A stretch of 8,237 nt of DNA from a virus (lineage: Duplodnaviria > Heunggongvirae > Uroviricota > Caudoviricetes), in IMG/VR virus record IMGVR_UViG_2660238318_000005, one strand, 5' to 3'. The notes below the pieces were generated by a model. The model did no database searches. It was not told where the DNA came from and worked only from the letters and a program-made list of their open reading frames with translations. Below are positions 6,544-8,237 of this stretch, in pieces. The translations under genes were made by a program, and so were the position numbers. Positions within the stretch are counted from its first letter, which is position 1. The number at the start of each line of letters is the position of its first letter.

Positions 6544-7173
6544 ATGAAGCATGAAGAAATGAATCAGCGATTCAATCACCTGGAAAATGAAATCACTGAG
6601 CTTAATAAAAAATTGTCGGCGTTGGTGAGTTCTGAAGATGAAAACAAACGCCGCGATGAGCATTATGCGGCGATTTACGATTACTGCCACAAAGTCGCTC
6701 ACGAGACTTTTATGAAGTTTTTGCAGGAAAAGTTTTTACCGGCCGCATTGTCAGAAAAAGAGGCGGCTTACCTGCGGCCTGAGTACGTCATTACGGTTAA
6801 CAGTGCCGGAGAGGAAGAGCATAAAAGTGATTTTATTGCGTCTGCACCGGATAAAGACCAGGAACCCCATCGGCCTTTCAGGGTTTCCTGTGAAGAGGGT
6901 GAGTTCGTCGTTTATGAGAACGGAAAACCTGTCCGGGCATCGCATCATCACTGCCTGAAAATTATTAATCTCGCTATCAGATGCCTGAAAGACGAAAACA
7001 CCAGAGTTATGAAACGCATTGGCCGTTGCATGGGGTATTTGCAGGTGGCGGCAGAGATTGAAGCACTTGCCAGTGGTGCAGACATGGATGCTGCGGTGCG
7101 GGAGGCTCTTCTTCGTGATTTCAATACTCCCCCTTTAAGAAAGAGCCTGATGACTGGATCCAGCCGGGGCTGA
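6544..7173 (+). CDS. Hypothetical 209-aa protein between holin and endolysin; no recognisable family, no signal peptide or TM segment
   Basis: Uninterrupted ORF with GGAG upstream of ATG 6544, starting 3 nt after the holin stop. Hydrophilic, with an N-terminal coiled-coil-like stretch (NQRFNHLENEITELNKKLSAL) and an HHHC motif. Confidence 0.5.
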   Translation: MKHEEMNQRFNHLENEITELNKKLSALVSSEDENKRRDEHYAAIYDYCHKVAHETFMKFLQEKFLPAALSEKEAAYLRPEYVITVNSAGEEEHKSDFIASAPDKDQEPHRPFRVSCEEGEFVVYENGKPVRASHHHCLKIINLAIRCLKDENTRVMKRIGRCMGYLQVAAEIEALASGADMDAAVREALLRDFNTPPLRKSLMTGSSRG

Positions 7174-7238
7174 CTTATCTTAAAAGGCGTATATAAGTTG
7201 GCTCGTTATTTGTTGCCGATAAATCCTGATAAATATCC

Positions 7239-7772
7239 ATGAGCGCAAAAATCAAATACGGCCTGTCGGCTGCTGTTCTGGCGCTGATTGCCGCAGGCGC
7301 GTCTGCTCCCCAGATACTTGACCAGTTTCTGAACGAAAAAGAGGGTAATCACACAACGGCATACCGTGATGGTTCTGGCATATGGACCATCTGTCGTGGT
7401 GCCACAATGGTGGATGGTAAGCCTGTCATACCGGGAATGAAGCTGTCGAAGGAAAAATGTGACCAGGTTAACGCTATTGAACGTGATAAGGCGCTGGCAT
7501 GGGTGGAGCGCAATATTAAAGTACCTCTGACCGAACCCCAGAAAGCGGGTATAGCGTCATTTTGCCCCTATAACATTGGCCCCGGTAAGTGTTTCCCGTC
7601 GACGTTTTATAAGCGGCTGAATGCCGGTGATCGTAAGGGCGCATGCGAGGCGATTCGCTGGTGGATAAAAGATGTTGGGCGCGATTGCCGCATACGTTCA
7701 AATAACTGCTATGGACAGGTTATTCGTCGTGACCAGGAAAGCGCATTAGCCTGTTGGGGGATAGATCAATGA
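7239..7772 (+). CDS. SAR-type endolysin (glycoside hydrolase family 24, T4-lysozyme-like)
   Basis: Gly/Ala-rich weakly hydrophobic N-terminus ([17 protein letters not shown]) typical of signal-anchor-release domains, then the E-x8-D-x5-T catalytic motif ([16 protein letters not shown]). Stop overlaps the Rz start (ATGA). The RBS is weak. Confidence 0.8.
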   Translation: MSAKIKYGLSAAVLALIAAGASAPQILDQFLNEKEGNHTTAYRDGSGIWTICRGATMVDGKPVIPGMKLSKEKCDQVNAIERDKALAWVERNIKVPLTEPQKAGIASFCPYNIGPGKCFPSTFYKRLNAGDRKGACEAIRWWIKDVGRDCRIRSNNCYGQVIRRDQESALACWGIDQ

Positions 7773-8173
7773 GCAGAGTCACCGCGATTATCTCCGCTCT
7801 GGTTATCTGCATCATCGTCTGCCTGTCATGGGCTGTTAATCATTACCGTGATAACGCCATTACCTACAAAGAGCAGCGCGACAAAAACGCCGGAGAACTG
7901 AAGCTGGCGAACGCAACCATTACTGACATGCAGCAGCGCCAGCGTGATGCTGATGCACTCGATGCTAAATACACGAAGGAGTTAGCTGATGCGAAAGCTG
8001 AAAATGATGCTCTTCGGCGCAAGCTTGATAATGGTGGTCGGGTGCTCGTCAAAGGAAAATGCCCTGTGCCATCCTCAGCCGAAACCTCCAGCGCCTCCGG
8101 CATGGGCAATGATGCCACCGTCGAACTCTCTCCAGTTGCTGGACGAAACGTTCTCGGTATCCGGGACGGGTGA
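7769..8173 (+). CDS. Rz: Rz i-spanin (inner-membrane spanin subunit); C-terminus possibly truncated by the adjacent IS
   Basis: N-terminal TM segment ([20 protein letters not shown]), then a charged coiled-coil region. Follows the endolysin and contains the embedded Rz1 frame. The stop TGA (8171-8173) is also the first three bases of the IS end. Confidence 0.8.
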   Translation: MSRVTAIISALVICIIVCLSWAVNHYRDNAITYKEQRDKNAGELKLANATITDMQQRQRDADALDAKYTKELADAKAENDALRRKLDNGGRVLVKGKCPVPSSAETSSASGMGNDATVELSPVAGRNVLGIRDG

Positions 8174-8183
8174 GGTAGCCTGA
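7989..8183 (+). CDS. Rz1: Rz1 o-spanin (outer-membrane lipoprotein) embedded in the +1 frame of Rz
   Basis: Signal peptide with lipobox LIMVVGC, proline-rich mature part ([16 protein letters not shown]) resembling lambda Rz1 as I recall it, and a strong SD AAGGAG 8 nt upstream. The last codons (..GEVA-stop) are read from the IS end. Confidence 0.8.
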   Translation: MRKLKMMLFGASLIMVVGCSSKENALCHPQPKPPAPPAWAMMPPSNSLQLLDETFSVSGTGEVA

Positions 8184-8237
8184 GTTTAACGGACACTCCT
8201 TCCTGAAATAGAATGGCATCAGAAGGAGCTAATAATG
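8171..8237 (+). mobile_element. Left terminus of an IS3-family insertion sequence (IS600-like), with the start of its orfA at 8235
   Basis: TGAGGTAGCCTGAGTTTAACGGACACTCC... has the IS3-family TGA-initiated inverted-repeat form, then an RBS GGAG and ATG at 8235. It resembles the IS600 IRL as I recall it, not verified. Confidence 0.5.

Noticed and set aside
6437-6544. Apparent C-terminal continuation of the endolysin ([22 protein letters not shown]...) in track ORF 6143..6544
   Set aside because: Homology to R21-type lysozyme ends at DIPETT. The continuation is the repeated element end read in frame and then crosses a gap, so it is not a real C-terminus.
6212-7701. Minus-strand ORFs 6212..6397, 6298..6702, 6751..6951, 7516..7701 and 7864..8196
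   Set aside because: Antisense to the endolysin, the 209-aa ORF and Rz/Rz1; one crosses an N10 gap. No RBS or motif support.

Overview
The window reads as the late-regulation and lysis region of lambdoid prophages from an IS-rich enterobacterial genome (E. coli/Shigella-like), but it is not one continuous locus. Three N10 runs (3491-3500, 6007-6016, 6503-6512) split it into four blocks, each breaking inside repeated sequence, so adjacency across the gaps is unproven. Block 1 (1-3490): IS3-family end, DnaC-like loader, DnaB-like helicase, small ORF, a 31-codon rusA remnant, ninH, a Q21/QuuD-type antiterminator, a tR'-like terminator and the first 13 nt of a tRNA. Block 2 (3501-6006): YbcO-like ORF, intact rusA, a second 227-aa Q-like gene, promoter and tR'-like terminator, four tRNAs, an S21-type pinholin, then 17 nt of an R21-type endolysin abutting a GTAAGCG... 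element end. Block 3 (6017-6502): a paralogous holin 3' part and 98 codons of an R21-type endolysin hitting the same element end. Block 4 (6513-8237): holin tail, an unrecognised 209-aa ORF, a second SAR endolysin, Rz/Rz1, and an IS3-family end at the Rz stop. All calls are from reading the sequence and recalled family knowledge; no searches were run. Minus-strand ORFs in the track are antisense to these genes and were not called.
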